Assembly (NCBI GenBank): GCA_024704765.1
Contig: JAKMXF010000011.1
Location: 541,557-605,556, forward strand
Origin: Oopsacas minuta
Taxonomy: Eukaryota; Animalia; Porifera
DNA: 64,000 nucleotides
Direction: 5' to 3'
Under the pieces are notes generated by a model, which was given only the letters and a program-made list of their open reading frames with translations, searched no databases and was not told the origin of the DNA. Below, piece by piece: positions 21,337 to 32,427 of this stretch. Made by a program: the position numbers and the translations under genes. Positions within the stretch are counted from its first letter, which is position 1. Every line of letters begins with the position of its first letter.

Positions 21337-23334
21337 CTACTGAAATAGTGATGTCACTAATCCAGTAGTCATGTCCTTCACTAGACAATTTCTGTCACTC
21401 AACTCTACACAGCCATTCTCCCAACCTCTCATTCTTGTGAGATCATCTCTCACCTTATTAGATCCGAAATAAGGATGTCCAATGACGTCGCCCGTATACC
21501 TGTGTCCTAATGTAGCGCATTCTAGTCCATTAACGATTATGATCTCTTCATCAGAGCTCTCTAGCATAAAACTGTATACAGCATCACAATCTGTTTCTAC
21601 AGGTTCGGATAATTCACATGGATAATGCCACATTCCATCAACCCTAACAGGATGCCAAGGAGTTATCTTGAGTCCATTCAAACCGACTAGGCTAGTTTTA
21701 CCATCAGAACAGTGTGTTTTCACTACACAAGCTATTTTACCAGTAGATGTAGGAGTCTTAATGATATCTCCCTTTATCAGCTGACTTACAAGCTTTAGGC
21801 TATCGTCGTGAAGAAGAACTAAAGAATCACCGCTGAAACAAGGAGCTCCCCTATTATGGTATCGTGACATGCTGGTAAGCGGAGCAGATACAGCAGTTGT
21901 TGGTACCATCTTCGGTTTTGGAGGTGGTATTTTGATGAAAATTTCATCTGCGCTATCTCTGAGCTTCTCGAATAGATTACCTCCATAGTGCTGAAGACCA
22001 GGATCTTTGAAATTAGTACACTGTTGCATTAAATGAGCTCTTTTAAGTGATAGCAGATAGTGTACGCCCCATTTATTACACCAGTCACTTCTTGACAAAG
22101 CTTCTGTTGTCTGTTCTGTGACATCTTTGAGTAAATCACCAACAAATTTATCAGATTTTACTTCAGATGTTGAAATCTCTCTGGAAAGATCTTGGATTGT
22201 CTTTTGTGATGTTTTAAGGTCTGTTGCGGATTGCTTAATAGCTTGTTGAGTAGAATTTACGAAGGTTGTTCGTAGATATTGAATCATTACACTAGCAGGG
22301 ACTTCTTGAGACAATTTTAACTCAGCATTCAACTTGTTAGATTTTCCGTTATAATCAGTATATTCGATAGTAACGTTAAGCATGTTTTCAGTGACTTCTT
22401 CTGGCACACGGACATGAAACAGTACATTTCTTTCCTGACCGAATAATAGAGGTCCTAAGCTAACCTTAGCTCCCCAGGTTGTGGGGGTGCAAGGGTGACC
22501 GCCTCCTATCTCTTCACCATTCTCATCTGTTACAATAGTAGTTCCTTTTCCTGTCTCTATTGATAGTTCGATATTTCTTGCTATTGTGCTAAGCGAGTTA
22601 CTCATGGCATTAACGAAGGTCGTTCCTACGAATGAACTGTCTGGGATAAAAGCATACATTCCATTACCTTCTACAGCTAAATCGTGTAAGAGCTGACTGT
22701 CCAACTGATAACCGAAACCAAACGTTCCAATAGAGCACGATAGCCCGTGATTATCTTTGTATTTCTTTAGCATAGGGATATGCCCTCTCGGTGGGATAAC
22801 ATTAGGCAGCCCGTCAGTTAGTAAAAACACGGAACGATTCGCTTCTTTCCTAGATTCTTCCCTCATCACATCCAATCCCATTTCTAGCCCACCCCATAGG
22901 TTCGTGGAAGCCAATGGATCTAGATCATCTATTTTCTTGATAGCGAAATCTTTGCCAGATTTATCCATTTTCTTAAGACCGAATATTTTCTTAGGTTGGC
23001 TATCATAGACTACCAAAGACAGTCGATCTTTTGGCTCCATACACATTACTACTGTCTTTACTGCATGCTTCACAATATCCAATAAAGTAAGACCGTGTGA
23101 TTCAACATCTCCCTTGTCATTTTTGGTTTTAGCTTCACTTCCCATTGATCCAGATACATCTACGACACAGCAGATATCACAGGGAGCTCTGTCATCACAA
23201 TCTCCAGGTTTTATTGATACCATGACAAGGTTCTGCTGGCCTTCTTGCTGATGTGCTGATACTTCAAGGGAAACCACTGTGCTTCCCATTGGTGAGGATT
23301 TAGACTTCACTTCTCCAGCGTCTTTAGTAGCCAT
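21337..23334 (-). CDS. VWA-Vwaint-Vint (Hint-related) domain protein
   Basis: MIDAS DVSGS..T..LTDG; Vwaint WGVHYLLSLKRAHLMQQCTNFKDPGLQHYGG; Hint-like GAP|CFSGDS, KITPWHP, LGH...IGHPYFG. Confidence 0.92.
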   Translation of the reverse strand: MATKDAGEVKSKSSPMGSTVVSLEVSAHQQEGQQNLVMVSIKPGDCDDRAPCDICCVVDVSGSMGSEAKTKNDKGDVESHGLTLLDIVKHAVKTVVMCMEPKDRLSLVVYDSQPKKIFGLKKMDKSGKDFAIKKIDDLDPLASTNLWGGLEMGLDVMREESRKEANRSVFLLTDGLPNVIPPRGHIPMLKKYKDNHGLSCSIGTFGFGYQLDSQLLHDLAVEGNGMYAFIPDSSFVGTTFVNAMSNSLSTIARNIELSIETGKGTTIVTDENGEEIGGGHPCTPTTWGAKVSLGPLLFGQERNVLFHVRVPEEVTENMLNVTIEYTDYNGKSNKLNAELKLSQEVPASVMIQYLRTTFVNSTQQAIKQSATDLKTSQKTIQDLSREISTSEVKSDKFVGDLLKDVTEQTTEALSRSDWCNKWGVHYLLSLKRAHLMQQCTNFKDPGLQHYGGNLFEKLRDSADEIFIKIPPPKPKMVPTTAVSAPLTSMSRYHNRGAPCFSGDSLVLLHDDSLKLVSQLIKGDIIKTPTSTGKIACVVKTHCSDGKTSLVGLNGLKITPWHPVRVDGMWHYPCELSEPVETDCDAVYSFMLESSDEEIIIVNGLECATLGHRYTGDVIGHPYFGSNKVRDDLTRMRGWENGCVELSDRNCLVKDMTTGLVTSLFQ

Positions 23335-23949
23335 TGCTCTTTATAAGCTAATTGTTTAGAGAAATGTTTATTTAGGATAGTAAGGGTATGCGGAGTATTT
23401 ACAAAGAATTATATCTAAATGTAAGAAATATAGGATGCCCCAGGCTGTGCATTAGCTAATGCCCAGGATTATTCCATGTTATTAGAAAATCAGGGAAATA
23501 ACTAACATTGAGGAAGACGAAAGAGCTTTCGCCCTAGCTTCGCACCGTTACCTTCTCTCCCTATTGTAATCGCTGTTTTAATGAGGTAAAAAGTTCATTG
23601 CTGCCCTTGCTCTGGCCGTTTCAAGTTACGTAAATCATGGATGAGAAACAAGTACGCAATTTACATAGCCTTTCCTAAAAGAATGGAGAATCGCGGAGCA
23701 GAGATTGTCTATAATATTCCAATAATAATAATTGTGATATAAATACACTCCTGAATAACCTAATATACTATTAATAGAAAGATTAATTAATTTAATATCT
23801 GGTTTCATACTATAATTAGAATTATCACAGAGAATCAATAATAATTATGATCTAATCAATTATCAACTCAATATGTCAAAACCATATACGTATTAAAAAT
23901 GAATAGCACATGAGCTGCATTTATTTGTGTATATTTACTCTGTTGAGAC

Positions 23950-25021
23950 CGTCGACGGAAAGATGGTCGCGGGGATTTATGAGAGTATTTAGAACTCACG
24001 TTGGAAGGTGCTAGAATTGGCATTTTCATGGATTATCTAGCTAGATTGGCTTGAGCTGAGAAGACGAGCATTTCAGTAGACTATTTGGATAACTGGTGTG
24101 GTGTTTGATTGGATTATCGTTGGATCTTGAGCAGGCTGTGAGTTGCTGAGAGCAGTGGCGGATCTAGGGGGGGGTATGGGGGGTATGCATACCCCCCCAC
24201 CAGCTTTGTGAAATTATTTATTTCGTCTACTCAGTAGAGTGAATAAAGTATATATCTTGTTATAACACAACCCTAATGAATTTATTTTCTCGACTATATA
24301 CTTGTAATTCGGTAAATGTTCCTTCAATATTATTTCATTATTGCCTACTGTAGTTATTTAGGAGCCATAGGAATATAATTCTGATATAATTTTAGAATAT
24401 AAATTTCACCATATTTCTAACTATTTGTTTACCCTTTTTATAATTAGTATTTCTTTATGCTACGTAAGAAAGTTTGTTTGACCAAAGATCAGTCAACTTT
24501 GAGCAACTTTTTTGCAAAGTCTCAACTTCCAGCTAATTCACAATTACCAGATATTGACTCAACAGATGTAGTTCAACATTCAGAAACTCTCATTATATAT
24601 TAAACTATGAACACACATACATAATGTTTGTATTAAGAACACAATTATTTTGGAGTACCTTAGAATACTTGTCAAAATGGTTAAATTGGTCATGGAGATT
24701 AAGCCTAACATAAAAATCGCATAAAATCCATACATCACTATGAAATATTTGTTGATGCTGGGTTAAAACACTACATATTGAGAAATACTGGCTGTTATAG
24801 TATAATTACAATTTGTTAAAATAAGGGAAAAAACAAATAATGATAAAGTAAAAGAGCAAAATCCAATAATTGAATATTATGACGTTTGGGTAGGCGGCAT
24901 ACCCCCCCACCAGATTTTTCTAGATCCGCCCCTGGCTGAGAGTATTTAGAGTATTCAAAACAACAAAAGTAAACGACTATATTTCCTCGACCAACTTTCT
25001 GCGACCATCTTTCCGCAATTC
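23950..25021. mobile_element. Non-autonomous TIR element with 8-bp TSD GTTGAGAC, host of the nested hAT element
   Basis: Subterminal CGGAAAGATGGTCGC and GCGACCATCTTTCCG; GTTGAGAC at 23942-23949 and 25022-25029. Confidence 0.7.
24153..24934 (+). mobile_element. Non-autonomous hAT-type element with perfect 8-bp TSD
   Basis: TIRs CAGTGGCGGATCTAG and CTAGATCCGCCCCTG; TSD GCTGAGAG at 24145-24152 and 24935-24942. Confidence 0.9.
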
Positions 25022-26298
25022 GTTGAGACATAATTCTTACCTATTTACCCTTACTCAAATTTAGCGCATGCCCCACCCACTTTTAAATACCTCGTCAATA
25101 CGTCAAATTAGTTAAAAATCACTGAAGCCCATGACCCTGTTATGACAAAATAATTTATGGAAATAATCACAGTTGTAGGTTGGATACATGATTATCATAA
25201 CTTGTCAGTACTTACTTCCACAATTTTTAAAGGATGATATAGAGAAGGTTATATCACGTGAGTCGTGAGGCTATTAACACTAACGTTCCACTTTTCCAAA
25301 GTAATAAAAGTCACTGTAACAACCCAAATTCTGCATTAAATAGCTGTAACAACACTCATCACTAGTCGCTATTAATAAGTCTTTGTATATATTTTGTTTC
25401 GCGGCATTGTAGTGATAATTATAGTGTTTGATGGCAACCTACATTAGCCACAGTTAGGTTTGGTGCAAATTGTAAAATAACAAAGGCTAGGATTTTCTGT
25501 GTAGAGATGTGCAATCCAATGAGACAAAGGACTGTTAGAATTCATTACCAATTCAGGAGCAGTAGGAACAAAACATTACAGAAGTCACACTTAGTGTCAC
25601 ATGTCTTACAGAACCTTGCATATATAGAACGTATACCATAGCTATTTTCTCCTTTAATATTATTCAAATGGAATTGGGGAGAAAAGTGTTCGTCATCGAA
25701 CCACATTAATACAGTTAAAGTCTAAACTCTACAATTTTTAACATATTATGGAGGATTATAGCCAAAAGTACGATACGAAAGGCATACACCCAAGTGAATT
25801 ATGCAAATTATCCACTCAATGTTGTTAGAGTAATATTTCATAGAAATTACTATCCTTATCTATATTTTGCAATACCCGTAAAAACGGTATGATGACCAGC
25901 ATATGGAAAGTGATAGGTTGGGTGTCTATGCAAAAGGTTATCATTTTATCACGATACTATCTAATCTCTATTCCAAAATACGAATATACACATGTTGATG
26001 TAATGAATTCAAATTGTTTCAATGACTAATATCTTTAAATAAGTGAATATTGACTATGATCCAGTTTAATCCATTACAGTATTATGATACTAACATAAGA
26101 TGATGAGCAATACTTAGCGCTTTAGCATGTCATAATTATATAATTGATATATTTAGTTAGACAAAATATTGAGAAGATATAACACACATGACAGATAGTC
26201 AGATACACAATATTCCTTTGTAATAGGATAATGTATTTTAGTATATAATAATTGATAAATTAGAAAAAATATAGTAAAATTTTAATTTGGAATTTGGA

Positions 26299-27471
26299 AT
26301 GGTCCCTAATGTCACAAATGTAACTTTTCTCGATCAAGCATATCTTTATGTGGACAACGTTTGCACAAACGTCCTTTTGTTAGCAGGACTTTCCCTACTC
26401 ATACTTTCATTTGCTTGGTCAATATATTTAGTATTCAACCTACGCCAAGAGACAAAGTATTATAATTATCTCACTAAAACACAGAATACATTACCTCGAG
26501 ATTCAGGGCTGTCGAAGGTCAGGAACAGCAGACGGAGAATTGTTAAGAATCGATTTTTTCTCGCAATTTGCACAATAGAATGGTTTCTGGTGTCTTTTAC
26601 ATTATTTGTCGATATTGTCAAAGGTTTTCGAGGGATTTTAGCAGAAAGAAAGCTCTTACCACATACTTATCATGAAAATGATCTGTATGATGTACTCCAT
26701 GAAGATTTGCTCCTCAAAATCATAAAATCATTCACAACAGGAGTTTACCTATTATTATTTATGCTTATACGACTATTGACAGAATATTTATGTCGAGAAT
26801 ATGAGTTTTATAAAGAAAATTCATCCAAATTAAGCACAAAATTCATATTTGCCAGTTTAAAGTTACTATTAACTTTCTTCCTTGGATTAAGTCGTCAAAC
26901 AATCATTTTTCAATGGATACTTTTGTGCATGTTTTTATTTGGTGAATTTATACGTTACACCAAAGCAACCAGAAAGCTCTGTAATTTGCTACACAAAAGG
27001 TATTTTGATGCTAAAGTACACGAATATCAATCCAAATATGTTGTCAGGCATTACAGGAGGACATTTTGGGAGTTCAAAATAGGTTCATGTATATCTGTGA
27101 CGTCACTATTTTTTATTCTAATTAGTATGCTCTCTTTCCGTTTGTTCTCTCTGGTATACTTAATTCTCTCATCTCCAAATAATTGGACTCAGGTGTTATT
27201 TCTGAATTCAGATATTGTAGACTTCTCTTCATTACCTCAAAATGTTAAAGATTATTTAAGTATAATTCAAAAAGCAATTATTCTAATGGAATTAATTCCT
27301 CTCACTATTGGAATGGTGTTACTCGTTATCCCTTACTTGCTCGTCTCCCTAAAATTGTTTATCGGTGCAATACGAGGATGTTTAAAGAGAAATGGTGATT
27401 ATCCTAAGAGTCATGACTTGACCCGAGTATTGATAGAAAAACATAATGCTGCATACCATAGAAGAAATTGA
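26299..27471 (+). CDS. Orphan multi-pass membrane protein (about seven hydrophobic segments)
   Basis: Uninterrupted ORF, first ATG at 26299. About seven hydrophobic stretches by eye, separated by basic loops. No family motif recognised. Confidence 0.7.
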   Translation: MVPNVTNVTFLDQAYLYVDNVCTNVLLLAGLSLLILSFAWSIYLVFNLRQETKYYNYLTKTQNTLPRDSGLSKVRNSRRRIVKNRFFLAICTIEWFLVSFTLFVDIVKGFRGILAERKLLPHTYHENDLYDVLHEDLLLKIIKSFTTGVYLLLFMLIRLLTEYLCREYEFYKENSSKLSTKFIFASLKLLLTFFLGLSRQTIIFQWILLCMFLFGEFIRYTKATRKLCNLLHKRYFDAKVHEYQSKYVVRHYRRTFWEFKIGSCISVTSLFFILISMLSFRLFSLVYLILSSPNNWTQVLFLNSDIVDFSSLPQNVKDYLSIIQKAIILMELIPLTIGMVLLVIPYLLVSLKLFIGAIRGCLKRNGDYPKSHDLTRVLIEKHNAAYHRRN

Positions 27472-27621
27472 TATATATTTGTATTTATTTGTGAATATAT
27501 ACTCAGTTTCTTAGAAATATTTTAACTCAATCATTCTGATTTTCTTATCTGTTTGTTTGTCTATTTTAATTGGATGACTGGTGAGAGCAGGAATTTGACA
27601 TATACAATATGTATTACTATA

Positions 27622-28756
27622 CGAGGGTTAGTCCAAAAGTTTTGTCGTACACAAAAAATATAATAACAAATTTATTCAAACTTTCACAGTTTCTCAAAGT
27701 AACGACCACAACAATCTATGCAAAGTTGCATACTATGAAACCAACTGTCGAAACAATTATGCCATTTTTCCTCTGGCAGGCTCCAAAGGGCCTCTTCAGG
27801 ACTCTCAAACCTTATTCCACGGATCTGTTCCTTGATTGTTGGCAACAAGAAAAAGTAGCATGGAGCTAAATCTGGACTGTAAGGTGGATGCGATACCAAC
27901 TGGACCGAATTTTCAGCCAGGAAGTCCAATGTTTTGGCTGCTGTGTGTGCAGATGCATTATCGTGGTGAAGGAGAAATCCTCTGATACCGGTCTTAGGGC
28001 GACGAGAACTTCAAGCTTCGAAAGCCTTGGGTAGGCAATTGTTAATGCACCAATCAGCATTGACGGTACGACGATCCTCGAGAGGAATTATTGCTACTGG
28101 GCCAGTCTTACAGCAAAACGCAGCCACCATCTTCTTCCCAACGCTGCGAGCCCGGAGAACTTTAACAGGGGGATCTCGCCAAGAAACACCCAGATTGAAG
28201 ATTGCCGCTTTGTTTTCGGATCGTACTGATAGATCCATGTCTCATCACATGCTAGTATGTCGTGAAGTCGTTTAGACTCTCCTCCTTTAAATTTCTTGAG
28301 CATAAACTTGCACCATTCTACCCTTACGTCTAATTGCATTTCAGAGACATTATGAGGGATCCATCGGGCCGCAAGCCTTCTGACACCAAGATAATCATGT
28401 AGAATAGTATTGATGGCGGCTTTCCCGATCTTTAAGGTCTCAGCAAACTGCTCATAGTTAATGCGGCTATCCTCTCTGATTAATGTCTCAGCAGCAGCAA
28501 TAGTCTCTGGAGTGACGGCGGTTGAAGGTCGCCCAGACCGAGCTTCATCTTGTAGTGACGTTCTCCCCCTCCTGAAATCTAGATACCAACGGTCCACTGT
28601 ACGCTTAGATGGAGCTTGATCTTGGAAAGCTTCCACCAAGCTATCATGACTCTGCTCCACTGATATCCTATGCATAAAGTTATAAAACATCATGACTCTA
28701 AAAATGCCTTCTTTCCAGTTCCATTCAGTAATAATAAAATCTGTATATAGGCTCAT
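27622..28756 (-). mobile_element. Decayed mariner (DD34D) transposon, one TIR retained
   Basis: HTH RWYLDFRRG..DEARSGRP; WIPHNV; CDETW; HDNASAH; PPYSPDLAPCYF. Frameshift near 28190, internal stop, third Asp replaced by Tyr. TA followed by CGAGGGTTAGTCCAAAAGT at 27620. Confidence 0.93.
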
Positions 28757-29300
28757 GGATAAAATAGCGCTACTCAGAAAATAAGTGTTGAATATGAAGG
28801 GCGGACACTTTGTCGCCAGACATTTCGTCAGGATATTAATCGATAAGTATATTCCGGAAGTATTAATAATAAAACTGTCACAAATTTAATATATGCTGAA
28901 TTATATAAAAGAGATATCGTCTCTTCTTTCCAGATGCTATTAAGGATAAGGGTACGGTATTGCAGAATAAGAATGTATGAATAAGAATGTATGTAATAAC
29001 AAAATATAGACAACCTATTTATATTTATCACTGAAATATGATGTTCAGATAAAACACTAAACTAATGAATACAGACGTAAGTAGACCTTGTATCGCAGTA
29101 AGTTTTTAACGCCAACATTTTTAGTATTCATCAACTTGAATGTACAAATTATAGTTACCAATAATCTATGATATCTTAATTCGGCAGCTCACGTACCCCA
29201 GGTTGGGAACCACTGGTCTAGACTATAGATTACGAATAATATATACTGAATGTGTTTTCAACTATAAATACAAACAGTCAAGTACTCTATTAGGCCCAAC

Positions 29301-29778
29301 TTGGTATCATTCCTCAAGCTTTACCTTATTCTTCCTTCCATGTCATGTTCCGCCGAACGAGACCTTAGCTCCTTAAGACGTATAAAAACGTATCTTCGCA
29401 GCACTATGAAGAAAGATAGATTGAATACATGCGCTTTATACAACATGCATACAGAAACTTTGGACCCACTTTATCTTGACACATTCACTGACGAATAGAT
29501 TAATAGGATTGAGGCCAGGATGGTTCGATTTGTGCTCAATAAAGATGGTTTGAAAAATTATTCAATCATATTAATAACTAGTTGCTCATATTACATTCAT
29601 TACGAATACATAAATAAAATTACAATCAAGTAGTATATATTAATTTGCAGTACATTGAGTAAACTAGGGCTTAATTTTTCAAAGAAATTAGGGAGGCAGC
29701 TCCCTCCCCCCCAATTTCAGGCTCTTTTCAAAACCGGAGGGGCGAGCCTCCCCGCCTGCCCGGAACCTGACGCCCCTG
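29301..29778 (+). mobile_element. hAT transposase 3' remnant (dimerisation domain) with right end
   Basis: LILPSMSCSAERDLSSLRRIKTYLRSTMKKDRLN; ends in CCTGACGCCCCTG. Confidence 0.8.
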
Positions 29779-30051
29779 AGTTGAACTACATATAATGATA
29801 CGATATACGTATGAAAAAGTTAATATTAAAATACATGAATGATCAGAATAGTAAATATAATATTAACAAAAAAGGATTCAAAGTGGGGAAAAATACGATT
29901 AGAAATAGAAACGAAATGGAAATTACAAACTAATATCATCCGAATCAATACATTGAATGTATATCACAGTTAATCCCCAAAGGAAGAAATTAGGAGAACG
30001 GATGAGTAGAAGATTTAAGTAGTTGAAGTATACTGCATAGGTTAGAAGATG

Positions 30052-32427
30052 CTAGGAAGAAAGCAGATACGCCACTAAAAAGAAATGAAATAGTGCTCCT
30101 ATCAAGACAAAACAACTAGTCTCGCGGTATCCTACACTAGGCACAAACTGCAATTTCTCATAGATTTGATTCGTGTTGATTTTGAAATTTCCACACTTAG
30201 GAAATCCCTCTGGTGGAGGATTTTGGTAGTCAGGAGCAACGTTGAGAATCATCGCCATCCCATCTGTCGCATGTACAAGAATATGACAATGAACAAGCCA
30301 TGCACCAGGATTATCAGATATGATTCTAACCACGAGGTAGCCACCAGCTGGTATTATAGCTGTGTCTTTTTTCGGAGTCTTCCCATCGATTGATATGATA
30401 CTATCAAATTCATTTGACCAAGAAGGTTGTGTGCAGTGTGTATTAATACAAGAATGATGACAAGCAGAATCTGCACAGTATATGTCATTATTATGATGTA
30501 GGATGGAATTTGTTGTATTTGAATAGGTTGAATAGCCAACTTTCACAACATGAAAATGATGACCATGGAAATGAAAAGGATGTTGGTGGTCACTAGTACC
30601 AATAGCAGATACTACAAGCTGTATAACCTTGTTGTATCCTACTTCAACTACATGGGTGCACCAACAATGGAGATCACTAGGATTACAGTTTGCAGAAAGA
30701 TCACATTTCAAACCTTCTTTTTCGAAATCATTTCGTTGAGTTAGTATTGGAGTTGGTGGAAATACAAACTTCCTTCCATTGATAGAGCTAGTTATGCTGT
30801 GAGCTTCAAAGTTCAAATTCAGAAATATTTCTTTATCAGGAGTATCTCCAGTAGGCAATTCCTCAGAAGGTGTTTCAATTAACAACCTGAAGTCACCTAC
30901 ATTAATACAGTCTGAATAGTAGGAAGGATGAAAGTTCTCGAAAGGACAATTCACTACTCTACAGGGAGTTATTGCATCACATGTTGTCGGGACAGAAGCA
31001 TCATAAATTGCTTTGTAGTTAGAAGAATGAATACCTCCATCTCCTAATGCAGTATTGTAATGGAGAATAGCTTGTGTACCTTCTCCTAGATGTTCGTAAG
31101 GTGGAGAAGCATCAGTTACATTTAGGTCAGTCGTCTCTAGTCTCATAATATAGTTTCCAATTGGTTGATTAGCTGTCAGAAGGAAATCATAACGTTCTCC
31201 TGAATGGATCATAATGTAACTAACATTCTGGATAGGTTCAATGAAGTTTCCATCTGTTGCAATAACAGTAAGCAGATGACTATCAACAGAGAATCTGAAT
31301 AATAGGTCTGCTTGTGCGCCTATTAGTCGGAATCTGTAAGTATCTCCGCATTTTACACTGAATTCGGAGAGACGAGATTGTATGAAATGAACAGAATGGT
31401 GCCTGCCTAAACCATTGATGAGAGCAGAGTGAAATGGTATATGATGATGTATAGTAGTAGTGTCTGTAGAATGGTCAGTCTGATTATGAGTTTGTCTTGT
31501 CTGATGATGATGCATTTCTGTTGCTACAACTGGCAACATTCCAAGTGGAGTATCAGACAAATCACCAAACACGCCAGTTTGTATCAGGAATGTATCAACA
31601 CCTGTCCTATCTGACCAATCATTCACTATCATCGTATGAACATCAGGCTTATCGATAAAATTTCGTATCCCATACTGGGAGCTCAATATAAATCGAACTA
31701 GCCCAATTTTATCCGAGCTTTCACGGACAATCAATGAACCAAAACAACCATCTGCTCTCTGGGACCCAACATGAGAATGATACCAGAATGTACCAGAAGG
31801 TTCAGCTTTGAAAATGTATTGAAAGAATGAAGATGGCCTAATGGGGCATTGAGTTACCCCAGATACTCCATCCATCCAGGGAGTATTGTATTGTCTCATC
31901 CCATGCCAGTGTATAGAGGTTGCTTCCTGAGTTAGGTTGTTATTGACATATGCAATTACTGTAGAACCTTCATCAACAATGAGTGTTGGACCTGGCAACA
32001 AACCATTTATGCCTATTATCACTTTAAAGTTTAGACTATTTGTCCAGTTAGGAATAGAACAGTTGTAAATTGGATTATTTGTGAAATTACTACACTTGCC
32101 ATCTGTAGAAATAGGAACAGCGTCACCAGTTGAACTGATGCTATAGACTACACCATGAGTTCCACGAACCTGAGTGTTTTCATTTCCCAGAATCTCATAA
32201 CTTGTGAAAGAGTAGAATTCATCGATGTCAAGAAAGAACTGACATTCATCGTATCCAGCCTCACATTCACACACTCGATTACCCCACTTGCAATCCACAA
32301 CACAACGTGTTCTGCCATTAATAATAGAATTTGATTCACACCTTGCTTCACAGTATTGTATCATTAGCAAGGCCATAAATGAAAAGGTTAGCACCAAATA
32401 CTGATTTCTGATCAGGAGTGATATCAT
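30052..32427 (-). CDS. Three-domain multicopper oxidase (laccase/ascorbate-oxidase-like), copy A, intact, C-terminal membrane/GPI tail
   Basis: 791 aa; signal peptide; HWHG, WYHSH, HPFHFHGH, HCHILVHATDGM (all Cu ligands, Met axial). Confidence 0.95.
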   Translation of the reverse strand: MISLLIRNQYLVLTFSFMALLMIQYCEARCESNSIINGRTRCVVDCKWGNRVCECEAGYDECQFFLDIDEFYSFTSYEILGNENTQVRGTHGVVYSISSTGDAVPISTDGKCSNFTNNPIYNCSIPNWTNSLNFKVIIGINGLLPGPTLIVDEGSTVIAYVNNNLTQEATSIHWHGMRQYNTPWMDGVSGVTQCPIRPSSFFQYIFKAEPSGTFWYHSHVGSQRADGCFGSLIVRESSDKIGLVRFILSSQYGIRNFIDKPDVHTMIVNDWSDRTGVDTFLIQTGVFGDLSDTPLGMLPVVATEMHHHQTRQTHNQTDHSTDTTTIHHHIPFHSALINGLGRHHSVHFIQSRLSEFSVKCGDTYRFRLIGAQADLLFRFSVDSHLLTVIATDGNFIEPIQNVSYIMIHSGERYDFLLTANQPIGNYIMRLETTDLNVTDASPPYEHLGEGTQAILHYNTALGDGGIHSSNYKAIYDASVPTTCDAITPCRVVNCPFENFHPSYYSDCINVGDFRLLIETPSEELPTGDTPDKEIFLNLNFEAHSITSSINGRKFVFPPTPILTQRNDFEKEGLKCDLSANCNPSDLHCWCTHVVEVGYNKVIQLVVSAIGTSDHQHPFHFHGHHFHVVKVGYSTYSNTTNSILHHNNDIYCADSACHHSCINTHCTQPSWSNEFDSIISIDGKTPKKDTAIIPAGGYLVVRIISDNPGAWLVHCHILVHATDGMAMILNVAPDYQNPPPEGFPKCGNFKINTNQIYEKLQFVPSVGYRETSCFVLIGALFHFFLVAYLLSS

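Noticed and set aside
25300-25620. Cys-rich minus-strand stretch (CKTCDTKCDFC) as a RING/B-box remnant
   Set aside because: Too many stops and too short to assign.
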